Positions 1 to 13,630 of a stretch of 64,000 nt of DNA are shown one piece after another. Each line of letters starts with the position of its first letter. The stretch's first letter is position 1. A program made the position numbers and the translations under genes. This DNA comes from Eledone cirrhosa (taxonomy: Eukaryota), in NCBI GenBank assembly GCA_964016885.1, contig OZ024740.1, positions 203,546,001 to 203,610,000 of the forward strand, read 5' to 3'. The notes under the pieces are model-generated. The model ran no database searches. It was not told the DNA's origin and worked only from the letters and a program-made list of their open reading frames with translations.

Positions 1-640
1 CACCAATTGCTTTACCACTTATTATCACCTCTGTCTTTCCAATAATCACGTCATTCCTTCCAACTATTCATCTTCTCCCTCAGTCCATCTATACTCTCTG
101 CTATCAACACCAGGTCCCCTGTACATAGCAACTACCATGGTAACTCCTCCTTTACACTTCACGCCAGAACCTCCATTTCAACTACAAATCTAAGTGGGCT
201 TAATACTGACCCCTGATGCACTCACTTCAAACTTGTCACTGTTCTCATTCTTTGTCCTTGCTTATGTACGGTCCTAATGTCATCACTATTCTAACCAACC
301 ATTCCTCCACTTCTAACTCTCTCAATGCCTATAACACTACTTTACATAGAACCCTATCAAAGACTTTCTCCAATTAAACAAACCCCAAAATCAAATTCTT
401 CCTCTTGTCCCTGTACTTCTGTAACTACCCCACAATAAATATTGAATCCTCTTCTTGGTATAAATCCAAACTGCATTTCACTTTATATCCTTTTCTCTAA
501 CACTCTTTCAATACCATCATTCCATATTCCAATAACTTAATTGCTCTATACAAGACACAGTCTAGGGGATCACCTTTCCTCTTGTACAGAGCAATGAGTG
601 TACTCAAATCCCAATTTAATGCTTCCTAACCTGCTTCTTT
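1..640 (-). mobile_element. Degenerate RTE-like LINE reverse transcriptase fragment
   Basis: Minus-strand remnants of QGSVLSP and PW*LL..GDLVL (decayed YADD region), with stops. Confidence 0.65.
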
Positions 641-1124
641 AGCTATCTCCTCTGCCATTCTAAAAACTTGATTGCTTTCTGTCTTGCCATATCATTCATT
701 TGATAAACGCACACAGTACATGCTGTAAAATGGTTGGTGATAGGAAGAGCATCCTGCCACAGAAAATTTTCCAAACAAAGGGTCAGGAAGAACCTTCAGT
801 CATGTCAAGGACATGACAACCTCTCTAGTGTTGGTGATCTACATGATAAATGCACTCAGTACACAGTCAAGTGGTTGGTGATAAGAGGGCATCTAGCTGG
901 AGAAAACTTGTCAAACAAAGGGTTGAGAGGACCCCCAGTTGTATCAGAGATATGACAATCTCCTCTGTGCATCCGCTTGAACATGAGACCATACATAAGT
1001 AAGATTACAGATCCTTGGTTTGTCTGGGAGATCAGTAGCCAATACTTCAGTCCTGACTTAGTCTATGTAGACCTGTCCAACCCTTGGTAGCAAGGAAAGC
1101 AGATGTTAAAACAATGATGATGAT

Positions 1125-1163
<39 letters not shown>

Positions 1164-1224
1164 GATAAAGATATGTATACATATACACATACAACATAAA
1201 AAAAGTGTCATAACAGTTTCTTAC

Positions 1225-1519
1225 CCTTTCCTCATGACATATCCATAAAAGGAATTTAGGATACATTTATGTGCCAGTTGCAGAGAGTCATAGAGAACAA
1301 CCATTCCATTGGCCCGTTTTATCTCTGAAGCATCATTGGCAGCTTCTGCTTCAGCCAATTTACGCTTCCATACTTTCACCAATCCTTTAAACTCGTAGCG
1401 TCGGTCCCGAAATGCCCGAACAGTGTCAACATAGAAAGAATTTTCTCTCTGGCAGATTGTGGCAACTTTTTCTCCTTTCCTTGTCACATGAACCTTCTTG
1501 TAAGCCTTCCTGCAGTATT
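1225..1519 (-). CDS. POLE: POLE exon 18, motif B (YCRKAYKK...[19 protein letters not shown]); gene continues beyond the left edge
   Basis: Q.A.K...NS.YGY motif B; AG/GT. Confidence 0.97.
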
Positions 1520-1524
1520 CTACC

Positions 1525-2209
1525 AAATATATAAATATAACACTACTATCAACATTCTACCATATATAAATATAGACACTACTACCAACACTCCACCAAT
1601 ATCCTATCAAATATATAAATATAGACACTACTACCAACACACCACCAATATTCTATCAAATATATAAATATAGACACTACTACCAACACTCCACCAATAT
1701 TCTATCAAATATATAAATATAGACACTACTACCAACACTCCACCAATATTCTATCAAATATATAAATATAGACACTACTACCAACACTCCACCAATATCC
1801 TATCAAATATATAAATATAGACACTACTACCAACACTCCACCAATATCCTATCAAATATATAAATATAGACACTACTACCAACACTCCACCAATATCCTA
1901 TCAAATATATAAATATAGACACTACTACCAACACTCCACCAATATCCTATCAAATATATAAATATAGACACTACTACCAACACATCACCAATATCCTATC
2001 AAATATATAAATATAGACACTACTACCAACACTCCACCAATATTCTATCAAATATATAAATATAGACACTACTACCAACACTCCACCAATATCCTATCAA
2101 ATATATAAATATAGACACTACTACCAACACTCCACCAATATCCTATCAAATATATAAATATAGACACTACTACCAACACACCACCAATATTCTATCAAAT
2201 ATATAAATA
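1525..2209. repeat. 49-bp minisatellite, about 14 copies, abutting the exon 18 acceptor
   Basis: Unit AAATATATAAATATAGACACTACTACCAACACTCCACCAATATCCTATC in tandem. Confidence 0.97.
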
Positions 2210-3112
2210 TTGTCATCAATGTTTCTCATTTTTCTGAACCAATGCTCAAAACATCTTTGAGCAAAAGTATTTTCAATTCAAAGTAACTGTGGTCACACGA
2301 TTTATTTAGCCAACTTAGGGAACAATAATTCGAATCTCTCTGCTTGAATTGTTACATATATACACTAAAGGCTTCTGCACAGTTTTTATCAACCAAATTA
2401 ACTCCCAAGACATTGGTTAGCCCAAGGCTAACCCAAAACCATGTAGTTGCAAAGTGAACAGCCATGCTATACTTACACACACACACACACATATATATAT
2501 ACATGGTTGTGGTTGTCCAACAAAATTTGATGACCACCTTCGTCTTAGACAATGCCATTATGAAGTTTCATAATGGCATTGAGGGTGCGTATTTTCCAAT
2601 ATCACTACCATTACACTGCAGCCATGCTGAGATCTCTTCTTAAAGGGGTTTTAGTTGATCATATTGAAGCCTGCTACCTATTTTATCAATCTCTTTTTTT
2701 TGCTAAACCCTAAGTTGTGACATAAACACAAACCTGGGACTATTGTATCAGACCCCCCCAGGTGCCGTACAGTGAGACTGAACCTGAAATCACGTGGTTG
2801 CAAAGTAAACCCCTTAATCACACAGCTATGCATGTACCTTTTAACTCTTTTGCGACTAATGAAATACTCTTTTGTCAAATTTCTGGTTGTCAAAATTAGG
2901 GTACGTCCTCGAAGACGAAGTATCTTCGATGCCAGGAAATATGGTAATTAAGAATTCTGAAGGATTTACAAAAATGATTAATTATTTCATGACTAAGATA
3001 ATAACTTAATATATGTTGGAAGATTTTAATCTAAACAGGAACCCTTTAAAATCAGTGGTTTTCTTTTATTGAACCAGTGCCAGTTTTGGCTATCAAAAGA
3101 GAAAAATATTTA

Positions 3113-3145
<33 letters not shown>

Positions 3146-3159
3146 TAAAGGCACCTCAC

Positions 3160-3409
3160 CTGCCAATCTCTTTTTCTCTATAGCAGCCTGTTCCACAGCC
3201 GGAAGCTGGTGGAAAGCTCTCTGTGGTCCATCTGGAAAGAAAGGTGGGAACTTTTCATTCTCAAGTTGTTGCTGGATTCTCTGGAACTCACTCCTAGTTG
3301 CAGGCATGTACTCTCCTCTCCACATCCAAGTCATCTTCCTCTGGCAGGTAGCACCAGGTTTGTTGAAGTCACATGCTGCACATATTTCCTCGTCAACCAT
3401 TGCTGAAGG
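3160..3409 (-). CDS. POLE: POLE exon 17, CysX Fe-S cysteines and P-domain ([24 protein letters not shown]...EKKRLA)
   Basis: Close match to POLE; AG/GT; phase 1 end. Confidence 0.97.
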
Positions 3410-3639
3410 CTGAACAAACACGGAAAAAAAAAAAAAAAGAAAATGATGATGAGGTACAGGCATGGTTGTGTGGTTAAGGAGTTCACTACACTGGGTCCAG
3501 TCCTGATGCAGAGTACTATGCACAGGTGTTTTCTACTATAACTTCAAGTTGATTAATGCCTTGTTAATGAAATTTGATATACAGAAGCCCATAATACATA
3601 TATCATTTATTGTTTTCCATATATATATATATATATATA

Positions 3640-4915
3640 CAGGGTGCGGACGATATTTGTTCGCAAGATTACTGTCTAGGAAAAAATAACACAGTAGTTT
3701 TATTTTTTAAGATATATTTATCAAACTTGGGTCAGTTTGTCTTCATGACTTGTTCTTTCGATCTCACTTGATAAACCTGCCATTGGCTTTCATCACAGCC
3801 TCGGAACTGGCTACAGGCCTTCATCACTGTCCCCTGACTTAGGCCCCTAAAGGCACTTGTGATCCTAGCCTTCAGATCGTCTTTCGTATTGCACTAGATC
3901 TGTTGGTGTCTCGTTCCACTGCGCCCCACACAAAGAAGTCAAGGGGTTGCAGTCAGGCGAGCTGGGAGGCCAGATGTCAGTTGAAGTGTGGTTGACGAAG
4001 TTCTCTGACATCCAGGCTTGGGTCTTTCGGCGGGTATGGCAGGGCACTGAGTCTTGCTGCCACATGTATGGCCTACCTGGTCGATCCAGGGCTTTACTAC
4101 CTCGCTCAGAACGTGAATGTAGCCATCGGTGTTCAGCTTGAGACCCTCAGGGAAGAAGTGAGGTGGCATGACGTCACCTTGACTGCTGACGACACCTAAG
4201 ACCAATGTTGTCGCTGGAAACTTTGTCTGCATGACTCTGGGCACGTCTTTGGATGAGACAGCGAGCCACCTGTTGTTCTGGGAGTTGATCTTCTGGTCTT
4301 GGTAGAAGTTTTTCTCGTCGGAGAAAAACCACAGCCTGTCTGGCTCCAGTGGGTGTTTCAACTTGTTGATCAGCTTCTCTGCATGCTTCAGTCGCTTTTC
4401 TAGCATCGCCTTTGACAGAAATTGTCCTTTCCTCATCTTGTATGAAACGTAGCGAATGTCTTCATGTACCACCAGCCTAATGAGCTTTTCATCCACGCCT
4501 TTCTCCCTTGCAATGGCACGCATCGACTTGCTAGGTTCATTGTTGATGATATCCTGAACTTCAGCAACGAACTCGGGCGTTCTGAAGGCGTCAGATCGTC
4601 GATCATGTGTTTTCCTCTCTGATGTTGCTTCGTAGTCGAATCCTGAATCTTCCAATTCCTTTCTAACCGTTTCCACCATTCTCCTGCTGACACTGAGAAA
4701 GTCTGAAATTTCCTTATATGTCCTCCCGGCGCAAATTCCAAGAAGAACTCCATGTCTCTTCCACAAATTTGGAGGTTCAAAATTATTCATAATCAATTAT
4801 TCTGAAAATAAATAATGGAAATATAGTCACTGTTTTTATGAGTGACAACGGAAGTAAAAAAAATTTGCATAAAATTAGCAGTTGAAAATTGCGAACAAAT
4901 ATCGTCCACACCTTG
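3640..4915 (-). mobile_element. Tc1/mariner DD37D (maT-type) transposon, full length, frameshifted transposase
   Basis: 27-bp TIRs CAGGGTGCGGACGATATTTGTTCGCAA (2 mismatches), TA flanks; ORF 4796-3939 with FSDEK; frameshifted WQQD and SPDCNPL-D with 37 residues between D2 and D3. Confidence 0.93.
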
Positions 4916-4929
4916 TATATACACACACA

Positions 4930-5015
4930 CAGGGTGACCCAAAAATGTATACACACTTTGATTACCTGTACAGGCAATATTTATTAGAATGGTGTATACA
5001 TTTTGGGGGGACACC

Positions 5016-5018
<3 letters not shown>
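4930..5018. mobile_element. Tiny Tc1/mariner-type MITE
   Basis: Imperfect TIRs CAGGGTGACCCAAAAATGTATACAC / GTGTATACATTTTGGGGGGACACCGTG inside CA/TA repeats. Confidence 0.7.
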
Positions 5019-5049
<31 letters not shown>

Positions 5050-5614
5050 GCAGCGGACATGCCACTATTTCAGCCAGATGCTGCTTCCTTCTTCTTCTTC
5101 TACCATGTAGTTTTCGTTTTCCTCCTTTCCCAGGCCGTTTTTTGGTTACCCTATCACGCTATAGACCCTTTCATTTCAATCCCAAATTATCTCAGATACA
5201 GTTCATTATAAAGTACCAGTAATGTACTGTATAATTGGTGGCCTTGTGCCAAAAATAGAAACAATTATTATTATTATCGCGTTGTCTGTCAAGTAATGTA
5301 ATCTCTTTGTTTCTTCCAAACCAACCATGCCTAATCCATGCATTCCTTTCAGATCGTTGTCTCTCATCTTTTTTCTCTATGATCTCAAAATTTCCTTTTC
5401 TCCTTCCTCATGTCCTGATTCAACTCCCTCCCCCTCTCACCACCATTGTCACATCAACCAATCATACCTCTGCAGCACAAACTAGCAACCAGCTAACTCA
5501 ATCTCCTCCTAGGACAGTTGTTTTTTTGATCTGATGTTTGTTTCTGAATGGCTTATGGATTACTAAGTTGGAAGATTACTAATTAACAAATATGAACCCA
5601 CCAACCACCTCTGG

Positions 5615-7445
5615 ATGATCACGCAATCGCTCTTCTTTATTTCAGACATGGAAAACCAACACCGACTCTCCCCTCCCACCCCCTATGCCCCACAATCAAG
5701 TTCCCATCTACCTCACACTCTCCCGCCGAACTCCATAACTTCAGGACTTGGCACCATCAGATCCGGTGAGATTGCAGAGATGCTTCAACGAATGAAAGTC
5801 GATGTGTGCTGTGTACAAGAGACTAGATGGAGAGGTATGTCAGCTAGATTCCTCGTAGGCAAAAAACGATGCTACAAATTTTTCTGGGTGGGAAATGACG
5901 ACGGGATGGGTGGAGTAGGGATTTTGGTAGCAGAAAATTGGGTAAACAAAGTTATTGCTGTAAATAAAGTAAATAATAGAATATTTAAACTTAGACTTGT
6001 ACTAAACAGAACAACCATGACAATTATATCTGCCTATGCTCCTCAATCTGGACTTCCAGACATACAAAATGACAGGTTCTATGAGTCCCTAATGTTCACT
6101 TACCTCCCAAATTAATGACAACTTCCTACTCATTGCAGGCGACTTCAACGGATATGTGGGACAACTCTGCGATGGCTTTGATGGGATCCACGGAGGTTAC
6201 AGGTATGGTCCTAGAAACGAGGAAGGCTTCAGACTACTGGAATTCTGTGATGCCAATGACCTATTTATCTGTAACACGAACTTCAGAAAACGAGACAGCC
6301 ACCTAATCACATGTAGATCAGGTGACCTCACCAGCCAAATTGATTTCATTGTTACTAGAAGACGAGACAGAGTGTCTATTAGGAACACTAAGTCCCTCCC
6401 CAGTGAAGAATGTACCTCCCAACCTAACCTAGTAGTTAGTGACCTTATAGTCAGGACTAGAAGAACTCGACAACAGATGCCAAGCTGGAGGAGACGAGTA
6501 TGGAAGTTAAAAGACCCATCAAACAGTGACAAATTTAGAAGTATGTTGATCGACGCCTTCGACAGCAAGGAAGAGCAAATAGAGACTTACGATATAGAGG
6601 AGCAGTGGGAGTTCCTGAAAGATAACCTAATGAAGGCGACAGATGAGATGCTGAAAACTTCAGGTATGGTGGGCCACACCATAGTCTCCTGGTTTGTAAA
6701 CCAAGTCATACAAAATGGTGTGATACCCAATGACTGGTGTAGCAGCATCATCGTAAACTGCTACAAGAGCAAAGGAGATGCCCTAGATAGAGAAAACTAT
6801 AGAGGCATTAAGTTGGCTGATCAGGTTATGAAGATCGCAGAAAGAGTCTTAGCTCAGCTGATTAGAGAACGTGTTAACATAGATGGGATGCAGTTTGGAT
6901 TTGTCCAAGGATGTACCACAGATGCCCTCTTCCTTGTAAGACAACTGCAAGAGAAGTACCTAGCTAAGAGTAAGTCCCTCTACCTGGCTTTTGTTGACCT
7001 TGAGAAAGCTTTCGACAATGTCCCTCATTCCATTATCTGGTGGGTTCTAAGGAAACTATGAGTTGACAAATGGCTGGTGAGGGCAATTCAAGCAATGTAC
7101 AGAAGAACAGCCAGTAAGGTTAGAATTAAGAATGACTATAGTGAAGAATTTAGCATGCAGGTTGCTGTCCATCAGGGCTCTGTTCTTAGCCCTCTTCTGT
7201 TTATTATCGTTCTGCAGGCAATAACAGAGGAGTTTAAGACTGGTTGCTCATGGGAACTTCAGTATGCTGATGACCTAACCCTTATAGCCGAATCTATAGC
7301 TGAACTAGAGATGAAATTCCAAACCTGGAAGCAAGGCCTAAAATCTAAAGGTCTTAAAGTCAACCTAGCAAAGACTAAAGTCCTAGTAAGTAGAAGAGAT
7401 AACAGGGTCCAGATCTCCTTTGGGAAATGGCCCTGCAGTTTTGTG
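5615..7445 (+). mobile_element. RTE-clade LINE (APE endonuclease + RT), internally deleted, 3' truncated
   Basis: CVQETRW, SAYAPQ, GDFNG, QIDFI (APE); NYRGIKL, FVDLEKAFD, QGSVLSP, YADD (RT); frameshifts and stops. Confidence 0.93.
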
Positions 7446-7575
7446 ACTAAGAAAAAATAGCAATTAACATAATTAAATAATTAAGACTGCAATCTAATGA
7501 CTGAATCTAGTAAAAAAATAAAAGACAAAATGATGATGATTGTTGTTGTTGATGATAATGATAATGAATAAATAC

Positions 7576-7812
7576 CTGAAGTCGGTTGGTGAGAATAATG
7601 TTTGGGTACATGGCGCCAACATCTAAATGGTAAATTATAGGGTTTTCCAACCGGTTTGGACAATCTCTCAACATGACCAGTCGATCTTTAATATCTTCAC
7701 AGACATCTTCAAAGTTGGTTACTTGTTCCAGGGAGACTTTCTCTTCAACTTCTATTGCATGTTTCATGGTTTTCTCAACAGAATTTATAAGGGTCTGGAA
7801 GGCATCCGGTAC
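7576..7812 (-). CDS. POLE: POLE exon 16, polymerase motif A (…[20 protein letters not shown])
   Basis: B-family motif A D..AMYPN; AG/GT. Confidence 0.97.
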
Positions 7813-7967
7813 CTACAGCACAACAAATATTGAGTTCTTTATATAAAGTATCAAGCTATGATTATGATTGTTGTTGGTGGTAAATCCAACACCTTAACCA
7901 CTAGGCCATGTGTTTGAGGATGTATTTGATGTAATTCTCTCTCTAAAACAAATATTGTTTCATTTAA

Positions 7968-8308
7968 CCTGTTGACTGCTGTGTATATTTTACACAGCTA
8001 GTTGCTGTGGTGGGATTTTTTTTTCTTCAGTAAAATGACTATTTTTTAAACAAGCATTTATTAACAACATATATCTGAATGATTGACAAACGTCACATCA
8101 ATTAAACAAACATTTATTAACAACATATATCTGAATGATTGACAAACGTCACATCAATTAAACAAACATTTATTAACAACATATATCTGAATGATTGACA
8201 AACGTCATATCAATAAACTAGTAACCTCATCTAGCTTTGAGTTCATAACTGTTGGAAAAGAGTTCAAATATGTTAGGATGAGTTATCTCGTCTACGGCAC
8301 TGAACAGG
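7968..8308. mobile_element. TTAA-flanked piggyBac-type MITE with internal 56-bp triplication
   Basis: TTAA|CCTGTTGACTGC ... GCACTGAACAGG|TTAA; three tandem copies at 8048-8215. Confidence 0.7.
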
Positions 8309-8853
8309 TTAATGACTTATTTAAATTGAGATGTAGGAATTTTCCATAAAATATATTTATGAGTTCTGTGAGTTTTGGACATTTGTACAAGATTCCCACA
8401 ACAAACTAAATTTGGTCATCACTGCTATTATAGACATTATAGAGTGTACAAACATCTAAACAAAATTTTACCCCAGTCTGCCTAGTTGACAAGTGAAGGA
8501 CCACTATAATTTACAGTTGGGTGGCTGGACAGTAGTATAAAGATTATTAATAAGGAATAGAAAACATGGTCTGATGGTTACGATGCTTGGTGTATGATTA
8601 TAATGTCATTGGTTCGATTCCTGATCAGGGTTGTGAGTTGTGTTCTCGAGTAAAACACTTTACTTCATATTGTTTCTGTACACTCAGCTGAAAGTGAGTA
8701 CCAGCAGTAGCTGGGGAGTTAATCCTTCGATAGACTGGAGTCCTATCCAGGAAGAGTCTTGCACTCTCAGTTGCTTAATGTTAAGGAAACCAGGGATAAG
8801 CACTTCAACTTAGAACAGACATAAAAAGAAAACATGAAAACACAGAATATTAC

Positions 8854-9066
8854 CATTCTAAAACGGCAGGGAATATCTGCTCGGAAGACCCCTGATTCCA
8901 AAGCTTCCACATGTCCACCAACATACGTCTCAGAGTCAAGTAAATGTCCATCTTCGGTGAGTTTATTTAGAATTGATTCTTGTTTATTAGGGAAGATGAC
9001 ATTAGCATGGTATGCCTGCACCATCAGTAGGGCTTCACACAATGTCCCGGAACCTTTGCGCAGGAC
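8854..9066 (-). CDS. POLE: POLE exon 15 ([19 protein letters not shown]...DIPCRFRM)
   Basis: ORF track plus hand extension; 213 nt; AG/GT. Confidence 0.97.
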
Positions 9067-9809
9067 CTGCAGTAAATTACAGAAATATACATGGATTGTT
9101 CATTGATAGAAGTAAAGAGACTGTATATGGACAGAACAGATGTAGATTGTTCACTGACAGAAATAGACAGGTTATTCACTAAGACAGATAATATTTCACT
9201 GGCTGAAGTAGATATAGATAGTTCACTGATATAAATATATATACTTGTTCACCAACATAATCTTACAGATAATTGTTCACTGACAGAAGTAGATATAGAT
9301 TATTGTCTACTGGCATGAATAAACAGATGGTTGTTCACTGACATAAAGGCACACATAGTTGTTCACTTACATAAAGACACACATGGTTGTTCACTCACAT
9401 AAACACATATGGTTGTTCACTGACATAAATAAACATACATTGTTGTTCAAAGACAGATAATTGACTAACATAAACAGACACAGATGGCTGTTCATTGACA
9501 ATAACAGACAAATACAGATGAACTGTTCACTATAGGTGTGGCACCCTGCCAACTTGGCTATTTGTGACTTCCATATAAATAAATACAAGAAGAGAGTATG
9601 GCACTGGATGAAAATTTAATGGTTTGTAGATTAACTTATTAATGTCCTGTACTGCACAGTAGCAAGTCATCATTATAGATGATTTAATTGAATTAATAGT
9701 AGATAAGAATATTTTGCTGTTGAAGATGTTTGTGACATACAAGGTTTGTTACTAATTGCATGTAATTTATCATTACAGCATATATTTTAAGTGCATTTGT
9801 TTTTCTTTA

Positions 9810-10830
9810 GAAGTACCTAGCTAAAAGTAAACCCCTATACTTAGCTTTTGTCGACTTGGAGAAAGCCTTCGACAGAGTCCCCCGTTCCATTATTTGGTGG
9901 GCTCTTAGAAAACTAGGTGTTGATGAATGGCTTGTGAGAGCTATACAAGCCATGTATAAAGAAACAGTCAGCAAGGTTAGAATATAGTGAAGAGTTTAGC
10001 GTAAAAGTTGGTGTTCATCAGGGCTCCGTTCTTAGCCCCCTACTATTTATTATCGCCCTTCAGTCTATAACAGTGGAGTTCAAGACCGGCTGCCCGTGGG
10101 AACTCCTATACGCAGATGATCTAACGCTCATAGCTGAATCAATGGCCGAACTAGAGAAGAAATTCCAAACATGGAAGCATGGCCTAGAATCAAAAGGACT
10201 TAAAATTAACCTGTCTAAGACTAAAGTTCTAGTTTGTAGGAAGGAAAATAGGGCGCCGGTCCCATCCGGGAAATGGCCATGCTCAGTGTATAGGAAAGGA
10301 GTAGGTAGAAACTCCATTTTATGTCCCAAATGCAAAGTATGGGTGCATAAAAGATGTAGTGGGATCACAGATAAGCTAACTAAGAACACAGATTTTACAT
10401 GTGGCCGGTGCTCTGGTGCAATAAGTAGCAACAAGTGCCCACAGAATACTAGCTCTTTCAATTGCGCAGAGGGTTCTATAGAAATAGTGGACAGCTTCCG
10501 TTACCTGGGTGACAAAATCAGCAGTGGGGGAGGGTGCTCTGAAAGTACAGTAGCTAGAGTCAGAACTGGATGGAAAAAGTTCAGAGAGCTTATACCACTA
10601 TTAGCCGCTAAAGGGTTCTCCCTAAAAACGAAAGGCAGGCTGTATAAAAAAGTGCAGGGCAATAAAAATAGACGGTAGCCACGGAGTAAGCAGACCCAGA
10701 AAATCCTGGGACGACTTGATAAATTCCGACCTCACACACTTACACCTCTCCAAGACAATGTCACTGGACCGAGAGCTTTGGCGCTACACAGTAATAGAGA
10801 AGACCCGCCTTACCTAAGTACAAAGTGAAA
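9810..10830 (+). mobile_element. 5'-truncated RTE LINE (same family as 5615-7445) with Cys/His PHD-like insert after RT
   Basis: FVDLEKAFD, QGSVLSP, YADD, WPC...C..C..WVHKRC...CGRC, FRYLG. Confidence 0.92.
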
Positions 10831-10849
10831 CCTACTACAGTCAGAAGGC

Positions 10850-11200
10850 ACCTCTAACAAAATACACCCCCCGTCCCACTACCCCCACCCCTTTTAATGT
10901 AAAGTTATGTTGGTACCACAACATCCAGCCCGAAACAAATGAGGTCGTGTAGGTGTCACAACAAAAAAACACACAGTCCACGCTGTAATGTGGCCATGTA
11001 GGTAACACGGTAAAAACCTCCCAGTTCCACACTGTAAATGTGGTTGGTGTTAGGAAGGGCATCCAGCCGTAGAAAACCCGCCAGACAGTCCTATGCGAGC
11101 AAGACAACCACTCTTGCCTCAAGTGGGAAAACACCCGCCCAAACCCATGCAAGCGTGGAATATGGACGTTAAACGATGATGATGATGATGATGATGATGA
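10850..11200 (+). mobile_element. SINE-like repeat with (TGA)n tail; related copies at about 11345-11655, 17070-17435, 24130-24518, 28930-29252
   Basis: Shared core GGTGTTAGGAAGGGCATCCAGCCGTAGAAA...CCATGC.AGC.TGGAA...GACGTTAAACGATGATGATGA. Confidence 0.8.
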
Positions 11201-11729
11201 TTATGTAATAAATTAATAAGCATGCATACACATTATTTTTAGCATAATTGACTGCATTAACAAAAAATATTCACACTGATCTGTCCACAAAAAAAAAAAT
11301 GAATTAACAGACCAATTTTTAAAATATTTTCAACTAAATATTTACAGGAGGCACCTCTTATACAATATACACCCCCTACACCTCCCTCCCCACCATTACT
11401 CTGTAAAGTTATGTTGGTATCACAAAACATCCAGCCCACACTGTAAAGTGATCATGTAGGTGTCACAACAAAAAGCACCCAGTCTACACTGTAAATGTGG
11501 TTGGCATTAGGAAGGGCATCCAGCTGTAGAAAACCAGCCAGAAACAGTCCTATATGAGCGAGTTACAGTCACCTGACCCAACTTGCCTCTAATTGGACAA
11601 ACCTGTCTAACCCATGCTAGCGTGGAAAATAGATGTTAAACGATGATAATGATGATAAGAGATGAGAGATTTAGCAGAAAATATCTAAAAACAGGTTTGT
11701 TAATTCAAATGTTTATAGTATCTTTACTA

Positions 11730-11996
<267 letters not shown>

Positions 11997-12202
11997 CTAG
12001 AAAATTTCATGGTTAGATTCACACAAGAAAAGTAAAAGTGAGTGATTAGATTGAAGTAAACAATATTTCAACAGAAGAAAATAAGACAATATAAGCAAAG
12101 ATTTAACGTCACAAACAGTATATAAAGTGAGGGTTGCTAGACTGGGCTGTATGTCGATTTAATGTCACTACTTTTCATGACTGTAAACTGTTATTTCTTT
12201 AA

Positions 12203-12393
12203 CCCTTTAGCATTTAAACTGGCCATATCTGACCAGAATCCTCTCACCTCTTTCTGTTCAAACCGGCAGTTACAAGCTGCTCATACTGATGTTAAGATAT
12301 TGTTCTAAAAATAAATAATATCAAAATCTCATAGATTTGATATTATGAGAGACCATATAATAGTAAATATAAAGTAATATAAATGCTAAAGGG
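12203..12393. mobile_element. piggyBac-derived MITE (same TIR as 14876-16315); other TTAA-flanked MITEs at about 20434-20667 and 23823-24047
   Basis: TTAA|CCCTTTAGCATTT ... AAATGCTAAAGGG. Confidence 0.75.
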
Positions 12394-12963
12394 TTTTAAA
12401 CACTTTAGTAACTAATTTTTTAATGAAAAACATTGCCTATGATTTTCACATCATTTGGAAAATAATAAAAAAAATGTGAAGGATTTAGTAATATAACTAA
12501 TTTTCTCATAGTAAATTGGTATTGGATTCGATCATAATGATGTGGACTTGAGCAAATTGCTATATTTCACAAAACTTCTTCCATTTAGTTCTATACCCTA
12601 CCATTTCTATCATAATTGTTTCTAACACAGAAATTTTGGTAGCAGAGATAGTCAATTAAATCACCAGCAGTACTTGATTGGTACTTTATTTTATCGACCT
12701 CTAATAGATGAAAGATATAGTTGACTTTGGTGGGATTTGAACTCAGAATGTAAAAACCTGGAATAAACACTGCTATGTATTTTGTTTAACTCAATAATGA
12801 TTCTGCTAATTCATTTCTAACATAGGCACAATGCCAGAAATTTGGGAGGAGTAGAGTAGTTAATTATATCAACCCCCCAATATTTAACTGGTACTTTATT
12901 TCAGTGACCTCCCTCAAAATAACACAAAATAAAATAAAGAACAATAGTCCTCTTCCTGCTCAC

Positions 12964-13035
12964 CTGTGGCTCTTCACTAGCCATTCGACACATTTCTTCT
13001 GGGTCTAACTCAACAGGGTCATAGCGAAGCTTGGC
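12964..13035 (-). CDS. POLE: POLE exon 13 ([24 protein letters not shown])
   Basis: Hand translation matches POLE; AG/GT. Confidence 0.96.
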
Positions 13036-13447
13036 CTGGAGTGAGAACAACATTAAAACACCATCAAACAATCATTAAAAAAAAAAAGACACTTTTAATA
13101 GTATTTCATGATGAAAATTTGAAATGTAATGTAAGATAGACATTTTTCAGTAAAATATGTCATTTTAGTCTGGCTGTAAAAAATAAACAAAATTTTCATC
13201 CCTTCATGGGCATAAAAAATAGGATTGATCCAACAATTTCTCATTGTCTTAGTCCTTCATGAGAGATCTAAGAAGACTAGAAACTAGTTGAATCTGGTTT
13301 TGTTGACCTCTGCATGTTCTACAACCATTGCTAGATATGTTGCCATAGTCACTTTTGAAACAAACTTTACCATTTAGAACAGTATCAGCATTAATACTTG
13401 TGAGATGCAGGTTGTAGTTGAGAGTGTGTACTTCCTGCTCACTATGA

Positions 13448-13630
13448 CAGATTCCCACCACCATATTGTGTTGTCTCCTTATCATATATCCCTACAGATT
13501 CCCACCACCATATTGTGTTGTCTCATTATATATCCCTACAGATTCCTACCACCATATTGTGTTGTCTCATTAAATATCCCTACAGATTCCCACCACCATA
13601 TTGTGTTGTCTCCTTATCATATATCCCACT
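13448..13630. repeat. Imperfect minisatellite of about 44 bp, 4 copies
   Basis: CAGATTCCCACCACCATATTGTGTTGTCTC.. repeated. Confidence 0.9.

Noticed and set aside
1525-2209. CRISPR-like regular array
   Set aside because: Units are contiguous and near-identical with no unique spacers; eukaryotic intron, no cas genes
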